A stretch of DNA of 64,000 bases, from the NCBI GenBank assembly GCA_965178125.1, contig OZ237757.1, forward strand, positions 372,001-436,000, in the 5' to 3' direction. Shown here piece after piece: positions 51,209-62,500 of the stretch. The translations under genes were made by a program, and so were the position numbers. Below the pieces are notes generated by a model. The model made no database searches. It was not told where the DNA came from and saw nothing but the letters and a program-made list of their open reading frames with translations. Source of the stretch: Bilabrum cf. latius (lineage: Eukaryota). The first letter of the stretch is position 1, and each line of letters starts with the position of its first letter.

Positions 51209-51828
51209 TCAGCAGTAGGTCAGCACCAGCCTGCAGAGGTTCCTTCTGGCCTCCTCATCGTAAGCCGCACCCTGAGCCGTCGAGCTGTAGTGCACCTTGA
51301 GCACGCCCTCTTTCGGCATCTCATCCAGCCAGGAGGAAGGGAGCTTCCAGCCCTGGATCGCGTTGAAATCCGGCGTGCCTCTTCCTCCAAGCCCTCGGAA
51401 GCTCTTGCTCGTCTCCACCACAGACAGCTTTGCAAGCATGCCACCCACCTGCCTTTCATCCCAGTACTTGAAATTGAGCTCAACGTCACCATCTATGTTG
51501 AAGGGGTCCAATAGGTTCAGCAGTCCGAGCCTGTGGATGATCTCCCGCCTCTCCTGTACCGACAGGGCAAACATCACACGGTAGAACTGCGGCAGGTCCA
51601 CCACCTTGGGGAACAACGCAACCACAACCTCAATCCGCAGGGCCGTCATGGATAGCGGAAGCAGCCTGACAAGATCGCTCAGCTGCCTCGAGGACAAGTA
51701 CGACCTCACCAGTAGCCCTAAAAGATCCACCAGCACCAGGCCGGCCTGAATCCTGAGAGCGCGGGCAGCCGCAGGGTGCATCGGCCGGATCTCCAGCCTC
51801 TGTGGCATAAAGATGCCCGGGAACGACT
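51209..51828 (-). pseudogene. 5'-truncated duplicate of the last ~200 codons of the LRR gene
   Basis: The translation from MPQRLE onward is identical to the end of 22327-33480. Homology stops at the telomeric repeat. Confidence 0.85.
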
Positions 51829-51830
51829 GG

Positions 51831-51851
51831 TAACCCTAACCCTAACCCTAA
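51831..51851. repeat. Interstitial telomere-type repeat (CCCTAA/TTAGGG), about 3.5 units
   Basis: taaccctaaccctaaccctaa at the duplication breakpoint. Confidence 0.8.
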
Positions 51852-52044
51852 AAAGGGTCTGGAAGCTCGGAGGCCGTCGGGACGACACAGGCAGGCAGGG
51901 CCAGCCAAGTGTCGAGTGGCAGCAATGCATGTTGCCCCCGCCATGATCTGAGTGGAAGGGCGCCTGTAAGGTCTGTCTTTTCAACATGCATAATCGTGAT
52001 AGCGTGCACCTTTGAGTTGAATTACAAACTATTAGAACCCCCCC
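51852..52044 (+). mobile_element. Short repeat-family fragment ending in C7, related to 51067-51129
   Basis: Shared block cgtgatagcgtgc..tttgagttga...acaaa.tat.aga.cccccc. Confidence 0.55.
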
Positions 52045-52428
52045 GTAGAGTGTCTAGGTCACCGACAGTCGGTGGCAGGACTCGGGCCTCTGCTTGTCGC
52101 AGTGAATAACGCAAAGCATGACAGCCAAGCAGTAGATGTTCGCCTTCCAGTCTCGCCTCTTGCTCAGTGCCTCGCTGCTGACTAGGGACACTGTGGCCGC
52201 CGCTGCTAGCCTCGGTAGCCGATTCGTTGGCGGTGGTCATCCACGCCGGTGCGGCATGGGGCGATCTAAGCATGGCGGTGCTTCCCATTAGTCGGTACCG
52301 AAGGCGCTGTCGTTGAGGCGATGGTGCAGGCCATCTAGTCGCGAATGCGCCTGCTGGTAGATTGTCCTGGTGATGATAGCTGCAGCTGCTGGACTGGCAC
52401 TGCTGATGTGGGTGTGTTATGCTAGTGA

Positions 52429-52850
52429 GGGGGGGGGGCAGGGGGCAGGGGGCAGGGGGGTTGATTGAGGGAGTGAGGTCTCCGAGGGAGGGTGTGCTGA
52501 TATAGGTAGCAGGAATGTACGATTATCAAACCAGCTAGTGATAACCTCCGAACGTCGCAACTGGAGGTTTCCCTGGTACGTGGTGCTTGAGAGCAACTGG
52601 AGGTTTCCCTGGTACGTGGTGCTTGAGAGCAACTGGAGGTTTCCCTGGTACGTGGTGCTTGAGAGCAATTTGCTGCTTGCGCTAGTCTTATGACTACCCC
52701 ATCCTGCTCTCATGCACCCCCACACATGACCCCGCCTATCCCGTCCATGTACCTCTGGGCCTCCTCCATCCTGCCCTCGTCTACCAACAGCCGCCCCAGC
52801 TCCTTCACCATGTCCCTGTACTCCTGGCTCTGCTTGCCCTTCGGACACTA
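52429..52850 (-). mobile_element. Probable 5'-truncated retroelement fragment: ORF end, UTR with 36-bp tandem repeat and (CCCCCTG)n/poly-C tail
   Basis: Minus strand reads ...EYRDMVKELGRLLVDEGRMEEAQRYMDGIGGVMCGGA-TGA, then UTR-like sequence and a C-rich end. No TSD was found. Confidence 0.4.
52557..52668. repeat. 36-bp perfect tandem repeat, 3.1 copies, no spacers
   Basis: gcaactggaggtttccctggtacgtggtgcttgaga at 52557, 52593 and 52629. Confidence 0.92.
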
Positions 52851-53165
52851 ACTTCATAGTCTATACTGTAACTTGCCCAGCGTGGTCTGTGCGATCACCG
52901 CGGCCCGCTGGCCCTCTGCCATGACTGCAGCAGTGCAACTGGTGCAAATTGATTCCCGCGAGCATGGCGACACTGGAGCTCCTAGCCGGTTCAATCATCG
53001 CTTAGCGTTGCCTGTTGCTTACGACGGAGCCTCAGAGATAGCTTGACTCCGAAAACGCTTCAGCGCTTCGAGGGCCTCTCTGGTAGACGAGTGCGATGCG
53101 CCGCGGGTCACAAGGAAGACCTTCACAGCCTCGGCAGCATGATATTCGGCTTCGACAAATCGTTT

Positions 53166-56100
53166 TCAATGGCCTAAGCACTGCGCTAGCACCAAGTATG
53201 CATTACCTGCGTCAGAATGGGCAGCCCCGTCGACATCCTTAAATGCAGCCAGCGCTCTCGTGGCGATATCCACGGCCTCATCACCGCTTCCCGACCTAGC
53301 AGCCAAATCCGCCTGCAGTAGCAGAGATCGTCCGAATGTATGGGTATCATCTAGGCCGGCATCGATCAGGACCGACTGGTTCCGCACAATCGCGGCAGTG
53401 GCTTCCTCGGAGCTGACAATGCCGGATTTGAGCTGGCACCGTAGCAGACCCAGCTCGATCTCGACGTGGCTACTAATCCTATCGTTAAGCATACCTTCCG
53501 AATAAAGAGACTCGTTGCCATCCAAACTGCCGCTATCACCCCCACCATTGCTGCTGCTGCCACCGTCTGACCCATCAGAGCCGCTGCTTGAGTTCGTGTC
53601 GCTATCTCCAGTGTATTCTGAGCCGTCTCCCTCGGTAGACTCATTGCTGGACTCGGAGTCGCTGCCAGTGAGCTCGCTGTCTGTCTCCAGGGGACTAGCC
53701 TCGAGTTCCGCAGCTCGCTGGATGGCTTCCTCAACGGCCATCGCAGGTGGACCTGCCCGTGCGTCACGCTCACCGACGCCGCTGCCCGCCGCGTCACTGC
53801 AAGGCGTACGCTCTTGCACAACATCCTCATGAATGGCAGCAGTCCATAGCAGCTCATCAATATGGTACGTCCGCTTGTTTTCCTCATTACTCGGCAACTC
53901 TACCGACTTCCTCGCTCTGCCGCTCATCTTTGCAGCCATCTCAGCATCTAGCTTCTCGACTATGCGCAAACACCTGCCGTACAGCACCGCCGCAAGTTTG
54001 TACTCTCCCATCTGCTCAATGTACTTTGCCATGCGCCACAGAGCCGCAGCGTAAGATCCGCTCTCTGGGGTGGTCGCGACGCGCGTCATTCGCAGAACAG
54101 CGTGCATGACAGCCACTGCAAGCTTTGGGAGCTCCAAGTCAGACAAATTCCTGCTAAGCCTATCTAATGACACAGCATAGTCGTAGCGGACTTGGTTCAG
54201 AATGAAGTCCCCCCAGTCCTGCTCCCCCGAAGGATCGTCCCCGGGCAGCAACACCGCAATTCGAAGCCGGGCGCCACGGTTGCCATCGGATGGTACCACG
54301 GCCAATCCACCAGGCAGCCTTGATGTAAATTTTGCGACACTTTCAAACTGGTCAATCAGCTCGATTGAAGCCAATCTAAGGTAGCACTGGGTTCGAAGCG
54401 GGGTTGTCACGGCGTTCTACACGGTCAGCAAGCTGATCTCATCCAGGATGTTTTGCTCGTCGGCGCCCACCCGCTGCAAGTGGGCCAGCTCTCGGAACAG
54501 CGCCTTGATCCTGTCAAAGCGCGATTGTTGGAAACCAGCTGCAAGCTTAGTCCCGACGCAACCACTGCTATTCGCTAGGTGCCCGGTGCCAACGAAGGCA
54601 GGGCTCACTACCTCGTCATGAAGGGCGTGTAGCGTGCTCGGCTCCATCGCGACAGCGACGCCCTTTGAGGCAAACAATCGCGATTCGGAAGCCATCGCGA
54701 GAAAGGCGGGGTACAGGCCATCCACATCTTGAGCGCGTTTCCCCGCCACCTGCTTGCCAATGCTGCGCAGCAAGCCCGCAAGCTCCACTACGTGAGCTAG
54801 CGAAAGGGATGCCGCTGCATGGAATAAGAAGCACTAGCCGATCACTTGCACGATACGGGGCTACTTAGAAACATCTGCCGCCGCGTCGCTGCCATATTGT
54901 TGAAGCAGCAGCCGAACATATCTCAGGCCCAAGCCATGGTCGTGTAGCACCTCTTTCACAATGGCCCTCACCTCGAGAAATGTCTCGCGCTGCCGTCCTT
55001 GCGGGCGGCCCGTGGCATCGCGAACCTCGCGACCTGTGCTGGCCGGCAGGTCTGATGACTCGGGAGGTACCTCTGCCTCGATCCTGCGCACAACTTCTCT
55101 CCGCACGCTTGCTAGTCTACCTGGGCTCGTAAGAGCCCGGACAGCATTTACTGCATTGTCTCTGTTGCCCCGCATGGTGGCATCTGGTGAGACCGGCACA
55201 ACAACCGTCTCAGATTCTACAGCACTATGCTCGGAAAGATCGGAAGAGATCTTTCCCTGATCGGTACTTGATTTGGCAAGGCACCCCTTCCTTGTGGAAG
55301 TATGCATTCTTCGCAGCTCCCTTGCTCCTTCCGGTGGCAGGGTGCATGTCAAGAACGGGTTCTTGCCCCAGTACCAACGAGGGCAGGACACAACAGCTAC
55401 AGCACTGCATGATGTGGCTTCAGCTGCCCCTATTGAAGCATGCGATTCTGCGGCTGCGGCGCATGAAACTCCTTTGGAGTTTTGCATTCCAATCAGAATA
55501 GCTCCCTAGTCGGGGCACACGCTGGCCTGCGTGACCCGCCAGCCAGGATGCCCCCTTGTTTCCTACAGCCAGCGTGCTGCTACTGCCGCAATGTGTCTGA
55601 CTGCTGCTGGCTCTCGCATACCACGTTTTACTGCCGTCCTGTTTAACTGAGTCAAAGCACCACGGAGCACCGTGCCTTCAGGTGGACCGCGATGCAAGCC
55701 AGCAGCGGTTGCCGCTTGGCTACCCAACAGCACCGCCCATACTCTAGGTTGTGCTGAGAACGATTTGCTCTACATCCAAGATATCCAGTCAGCGTCCGGT
55801 ATGAGCAGCCTGTGCGTGTCAAGAACCATCCTTTGGCCGTTTTTCATTTGATGCACTTCCACATCGAAAGGCAAAGCGGTCTTGAGACCAACGTGAGCCT
55901 TAGCTTCTTGCCCGACTTCAGTCGTTTCAATGCGATCTTCGATGGATTGGAAGCAAATTCGATCCGAGAGGTCTGCACCCGAGTGCTTCGCCGCATCGAT
56001 CAGCTCACGCAAGAGCTATGTCTGCTACAACATTAGCTACTGCAGCGAGGCCCGGCTCCCGGGATCCAACGAAGCTGAGCCTTCACGTTTTGACAGTAAG

Positions 56101-58097
56101 AGAGATCCGTGGCTTGGATCCGATGCCGAGTCTCTAGAGGAAGCATCCCCAATGACAGCACCGTCGCCAGCAACAGCTGCATCTTTAGGTAGAGCGCTCC
56201 CAGCACTTTGGCTAGTTTCGGCAGTTTCGGCAGTTTCAGCAGCAAGAGCCGTTGTCCAAACCCGTGTCTCCTAGAGCATACTCTTTACATTAACGCCAGA
56301 GTCTCGCAGAAAATCAAGGACGCTCAGTGATACACTGTTATGTGGCGTAGATGATGCGCACCCCGAGGCAGCACCCGCAGAATCCGCTTCAACATCGCTA
56401 AGCCGCGGGTCGACTACACCTGAAGTTGCTGATCCGGCAGTTTGGCCGTCGGCACCAACAACAGATTTGCTGGTCAAAGAACCTGTGAGCGGTAAATCGC
56501 GGATCTCGTCGTTATCGAGCACCTGTTCATGGCCGCTTGCGGGACCAGCAGTGCCAGGACCTGAAGTGGTCACATCTCCAGCATCATCCACCGAGGATAA
56601 GTAGCCGAAGGCCTCCATCACGTCGTCCTTCATGGCATCCCATCCGTCTGGGAAAAAATGCTTTAGCTCCTTCTCAGCAATCGTTGCATTCGTTGTGGGA
56701 AATATCGAGTCGGCTTCGGTCCGCTGTGCGACGTACTGGTGCGCGTGCACCCACTGGCAACCTGGCTACAGGCTCGGCCCTAGGAAGAAGTGCTCTGCTA
56801 GCGGCCTAACCACGTCATGCTCCTATTCAAGGTCTGTATGCATCGACATAGCGCCATCTGCTGATCCAACACGTAGAGTCGTCTCGCCCGGGCCACCACC
56901 AGCTACACTGGCCATCGCGAAGACTTGCACTCGCAGTACCCTGGCGCCCCCCCTTGTTGTCCTGACAGGGAGGTCCACGACCTGCAGGAGAGGAGTGCTG
57001 ATCGCAACCTTATCCATGGCATGCACCCAGCGGCTTGCCGCCGCCTCTCTTTTCGCCGCTTTGGCTGCCATGGTCAATGAACCGTAGATGCCTTCGTTGT
57101 CGAAGGCAAACTTGAGGAAGAGGCCGAGTCTGCGGTGCGCTGCCTTGACACCACCCGCTCTGCCCCCTGCATTCCGAAGAAATTCCAGCTCTGTCTTTGA
57201 TTCAATCCTTTCCATATCCCGATTGCTGAAGCCGATGTGACCTTTCTCGGTGCGCAGATCCAGCGGCGGTAACCCTGCCAAAGCCGAATGGGCAGAGGCC
57301 GAAAACCGCTCACCGAGCGCTTCCAATGCTTCCTTGCGTTCTTCTGCGTCTTGTCTCGACAAGGCAATCATGCGCTTGAATTCCTCAAAGGCTTCCTGCG
57401 GCCGCAAGACCTCGTCCGTATCGTCATCATCATCCGCCGGCATTCTTGCGTCCGACTGCTCGTCCTCGTCGGTGGCGGAGCTTTTAGGGCCACTAGCGCA
57501 GAGATCTCCAACGCCAGCCGCAGACGTAGACAAAGATACAGACTGCATTGGTTTGGCGTCACTTCGACTCATGTCGTCGTCTGTTTGGCTAGCTGCGGCC
57601 GGCTCAGCGGCCTGGTAGCAACAAGTTGCTCGGTGCGAGTCTGCTCGTTCCCCACTACCTCGAATAGACGACCCAACGTCAACAAGTGAGTACGATGATG
57701 CAATTGGCACTGCAAACGCACCGTGTTCGTACTAGGATGCTGTGCTTGACTCTATTGGCGGACTCGTGCCAACCGCGCACTCTGCTCCGGCTGCGACACT
57801 CGATGCAGCTATGTCAGAAGAGCTGATTGGCTGACCAAGCACGTGTGATTCATATGTATCCAATGTTTGGGATACCAAGTGTTCAATTGGAGCTTCAGTT
57901 TCAATGTCAATCGCGCAATACGAGTCTTTCGGCGAGTGTTCCAGCGAGGCATCAGGCTTTCCCAGGGAACCGTTCATGTATTCACAGTAGACACGCCTCG
58001 ACCTCTATCTACCTGCTAGTTTTGTTAGTATAGTACTGGCTGAAGCCTACTGAATTTCAGGCACGTCAGAGAGCTGGCTGTCACGCATGCGATGCAT
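53166..58097 (-). CDS. Clu-domain protein with C-terminal TPR-like repeats (~1640 aa); about 15 in-frame TAG; start uncertain; may extend to TAA at 53019
   Basis: One frame is broken only by TAG. Clu-like motifs: AAKAAKRE, TPLLQVVD, TLRVGSADG, FDVEVHQMKNGQRMVLDTHRL and LHDHGLGLRY. TPR-like helices such as GEYKLAAVLYGRCLRIVEK. Confidence 0.72.
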
Positions 58098-58664
58098 CGC
58101 TAAACTGCTATATCTCTCGGTAGTTGTGGATGCAACGACCTAAGTTGCAACGTAAGTCTAACTCAAACAAATACAAAAGCACTAATCGTAGCTCGGTGTT
58201 TATTGATTCCCGTAATAATAGGTCCGATTGTGCAAATGTAGCTTCACCCATCCGAAATTCCGGATCCGGATCCGGGATCGGATCAATACTGGTGGTGGTG
58301 GTTGTGGCCTCCTGATGAGCATCGAGAACAGCAAATAGATAACTAAGCAGTAGAAGGCAAACACCAACCACTGCTCTACACGCAGCGGCAACTGTACACT
58401 AGAATTCTATACACTAGAAGGCAGTGAATGCCAGTGGCTGAAGGTGAGGGGTGCTTCTCCGGGCGAGGCTAGGGCTCTGCAGGTCCAGCTGCCTCCGAGG
58501 GGGATCCAGACCTGAGTGCTTGACTTGAACTCAATTTAACAAGTGGCGCCCCGGATGGGTGCACTCATTGAGGCAACTTCAGCTTGCATGCTTGAACTGC
58601 ACTTCCTCGTCCTGCGTGTTCAGGATCACCACTGGCACCGTCAGCCTGTCCTCGTTGGAACTGA

Positions 58665-59126
58665 AGCATTCAAACAAACGGCACCCCCGTGTGGAACAGC
58701 ATAGACAGGGGCCTGCATTGAGGTGCGTGCGGGGGCATCGCAGAGAACGGCATGGCCATGTTCGTGCCGGGCAGTCGGACAGGGAACTCGGCTGCGGGGT
58801 CTGGATGGGCTGCTGCGTAGACAGCCGGGTATTTGCAAGGCAATGCAGCCGCACTGTACCGCACGCTTGACTTTTGCGAGACGTTCTCATCGGTGGACTC
58901 GGTCGCCACGGTCCCGTTAGAGCCCGGTGCCCTCTTCAACCTGACCATTCCGACCCAGCACGGACCATTGGTTGATGCAGAGGCAGACACCGTCGTGGTA
59001 TTTGCGAGCGGGTTCAATATTGAAACGAGTAAACCCCGGGAAATGACGGTGTGGGCCTCGGTGGACGGCGGCAAGAGCTTCGTGGATACTGTTGCGCCGG
59101 GCAATACCCAGTGGATGAGCCAATGA
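58665..59126 (+). pseudogene. Fragment of an Asp-box/BNR-repeat protein with in-frame TGA
   Basis: Three Asp-box-like motifs in one frame: NSIDRGLH[TGA], RTLDFCETF and ASVDGGKSF. No convincing start. Confidence 0.4.
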
Positions 59127-59501
59127 GGTAAGAGTGGATCAAGTGTACACATCCCGTGTGTGGTTTACAACTGCCGGGTGGAGCGCACAAATCATGGATC
59201 TGGTGTGAAGGCAAGTCTCTGGTCGCAGCGATTGACATGGTCGCAACACCAGATTGCAGCGAAAGCTGCCTTTACGTACTTGCTGTGACTCAGAACGGTC
59301 CAATTCTTGCTAGATACATCTGCAAATACAGAGAATGAACGCATGGTTAATTCAAAGTGGCAATCGAGGGACTCAGGAGCCACGTAGTTAAGTGTGATTT
59401 ATTATTTGTAGCGTGCGTGTATTGGACGGATCTGGATCCAGACCAGCTTTGCTCCACTACAAACTCAGTGGTATACGCTCAATTCTCTTGATTTAAGTCA
59501 A

Positions 59502-62500
59502 ATGGAAGGCGGTAGTAGTATCCTCATCGATATCGATCCCGTGCTGCAGAACTTGGTCCGCCGCGGGTTTCCATTCCGCGCTCATGATGTTGTAGAGGCT
59601 CTCAGCAGCGTCTTTGAAGTAGAGACAGATCCCAGTTGTGGCAACAATTGGCACGTATTTACACAATCCAATAATTTGGGTAAACTACCCGAAGGTGTTC
59701 ACTTACAGCAAGTAGCGCAGAAGCCAAAGCTCCTACAGGCTTTCGTTGAGACAGCCTTGTCTGCTTCGCCAGCTACTTCCCCAAGCGCAATTATAGTATC
59801 AGGTGAGATAGCCGTATTAGGATTTTGTGAGGGAATGTCAGAGACACTTCATTGTAGTTTTGCCGCGCCCCTTCTAGATTGACTGCAGCCGCTGCTGATG
59901 GAAAATCACGGGCGGACTCTGTCCGAGTTGTCATAAACCACCTCCTTGATCGAAGGGTGAGCGTTGAATTTGTTACAGATACAGCAACCCCGCTTGGCAA
60001 GGAGATGCGGTAGCGGTCTCGAGGTCCCGATAGCCTTGGCCTCTCCGTAACGCACGTGACCGACCTGGCCCAGCCCGACGCTGGGCTAGCTACTACTAGT
60101 ATTGGTTCGAGTCTCCCTCGCTAGCCTTGGTTGAGCGTAGAAGACCGCATGTTCATGCGTGACTCGCTCGTTCAGCCGAACCTCAGAGCGCACATGCCTG
60201 ATGCAGCTCTGCTTCATCATTAGCGCTCAAGTTGGACGCTCGCCGCCCAGGCCGCGACGCAGCGCACATTTGCACGGCGTCATGTGAGCGACGTCTACGG
60301 CGAGATGCCGGAGTCATTGGACGATGCAGTGGCAAAGGTGTAGGAGCTCGCGCCAGCCATGCGCCGAGAATCCAACGGATCTGGGTCAGTCGCGCATGCG
60401 TTTGATCGACATGTTGCAGACTCGGTGGCTGCTCCTCTGCCTCAAGCCGCACGAGCACGTGAAATAGACGAAAAGGCCAGAGAGTCAGGCACCGAACACG
60501 GTGCTAAAGGTAAATGGCATGATCCAGCGAGCGTGCAATGTGTCCGCTACTTTGTCGGCAGCGCGCTGCAAGCCTGCATGCGTAGCCTGGCTGGAGATCT
60601 GAGCCGTGCTTCCTCGCGTATTGATGGTATGCCCCTGCATTCAAACTCACCCGGCAGGCAGAATGGGCAACATCAGTCTGAAAACCCATCGAGAGAGAAC
60701 GTCGTTGCAGCCTCAGGTAAAGGGAGCGGCAGAGGCGGGGCAGCGGCCGCAATCGACCCCGACTAGGAATCCCGAGGTGCTGAGAGTGCAACTTGGGGTG
60801 CAGCGGCGAGGCAATCCGGCTCTCATGCTGGCGGTGGAAAGAGGAAACACAAGGACAAAGGAAATGCCAGAGGCAACTAGGGTGGTAGAGGTCAATAGCA
60901 AGGGAAACACTCGCGAGCGCAAGGTCAGGTCAAAGCCACACAAACCAAGCAAGTATCGATGGCCCCTCGAGCAGTGGCCCTCAAGAGACGGCGCGAGCTT
61001 GAGTTTGATGCAGAGCTTAGCGCCGCGGTTCGCCGCGCAGGCATGCTATACACCCGGTTGCTGGCCGATGCAATGTAGCTTGGTGTTGCTTGCACGTCCT
61101 CGCTCGATGTAACGATAGGATGTAATCCGGATCGGCCAGCAGTAGCTGGCAGCGACGCCGGTCCAGGTCCAGAAGAAGGAGATGATCTAGCAGATGAGAA
61201 GCAGGTCATGCAGAAGAAGGAGGACCTTGCGGTTGCTCGGATCGTGGGACTTCCCGTGAAAGAGAGGAAGGACCAGATCATCAGGAGGCTTGTCCTTGCG
61301 TTTGCTCGGAGGTGCAAGAGGCACCTGCGCGGATTTCGGCGTGAGCTTGCTGTGTTTGAGACGGCACCTCAAATTGCGCAGCAGCTGCTACCCGTGGTAG
61401 GTCACACGACTGGACTAACGAGCTTCGCAAGAACCGGAGAACGTGAGGTTCTGCAGTAGCACCCCATCGCGGTGCTCACGGGCGCCCCAGGGTCAGGAAA
61501 ATCCACCCAGGTGCCCCAGCTGTTGGCAGACGCAGGCGTAGTGCGGGCCTTCAAGGGACATAGGCTGCTCGTGATTGAGCCCCACCCAACGATTGCATCA
61601 GCACTGGCTCGACACGTGACGGATGAATGGCACGAACCAGGCGTGGCAGAGGCCATGCGCGCGCGAGGGCGAGGGTTCGAGATCGGACTGGCGCTGCACA
61701 AAGAGCAGGCCCTGCAGTGGGACCCCGACACTACCTCGGTATTATTTGTGGACGAGGACACGGCCGTTACCATGCTGGCGGCATGGAAGCATCGTGAGGT
61801 GTACGCTGGGGTATCATCGAAGAGTGGGCGTGGAAAGTGTGGCGTCGGAGCATCGCTGCCGTCCATTGATGAGTTCTCGCTGGTCATGGTGGACGAAGCG
61901 CACGTGCGGAGCGCCAGGTGCGATGCACTGCTTGGCATGCTAGTGGACTCGGTGAAGAAGAATCGTGACTGCATGGGCACCGATGGAGTCGCAACAGCAG
62001 CTTCGGGCGCAGCCGTAGCAGTGCCGAAGGCTGCGATGCGTGGAGATTTCCCAGTGCGTGGTCTCATCGTGGCATCGGCTACCCCTGACCTTCCGCTGCT
62101 CGACTAGTACATCGGCAGTGACCACATCAGCGTGGATTTGGGCAAGGGCGAGTTTCAGGTGAAGACCAAGATCGAATCGCTCCTGTCCCTCCGAACGGCA
62201 CTGGAAACCCACGAGAAAGAGCTGCACTCCGGGTCTCGTTTCAGCATCCTCGGGTCGGATGCCCCGACTAAGCGAGGCAAGGGTGGAGGCTCCAGAGGAC
62301 AGCGACAAGAGCTACCACGGGTCAGCTCCATGCTCGGCAAACGGATTGCAAAGACGGTTGCAATGCTGGCATTTCGAGAAGCACACCTCCTCGGAGCAGA
62401 AGGGAGAAGCGTGCTCGTATTTGTGCCAGGTAGGGAGGAGGGATACGCTGCTGAACATGCGTTCCACCTGGCCCAAAGCGTACAGGGCACTCAGCCTGGC

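Larger units (their letters stand above)
41384..51828 (-). repeat. Inverted segmental duplicate of 32861-36411 (3' end of the LRR gene, spacer and GH3 gene), interrupted by a 6.9-kb retroelement nest
   Basis: Reverse-complement near-identity of 41384-44245 and 51130-51828 with 32861-36411. Confidence 0.92.

Noticed and set aside
51831-52044. Telomerase RNA gene
   Set aside because: 3.5 repeats is longer than a typical template, the tract sits at a rearrangement junction, and the adjacent sequence belongs to a local repeat family.
52557-52668. 36-bp repeats as a CRISPR array
   Set aside because: The units are directly adjacent with no spacers, there are no cas genes, and the context is eukaryotic.
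58108-58371. Small signal-peptide-like ORF on the minus strand
   Set aside because: GTG start, out of frame with the Clu gene and no recognisable motif.
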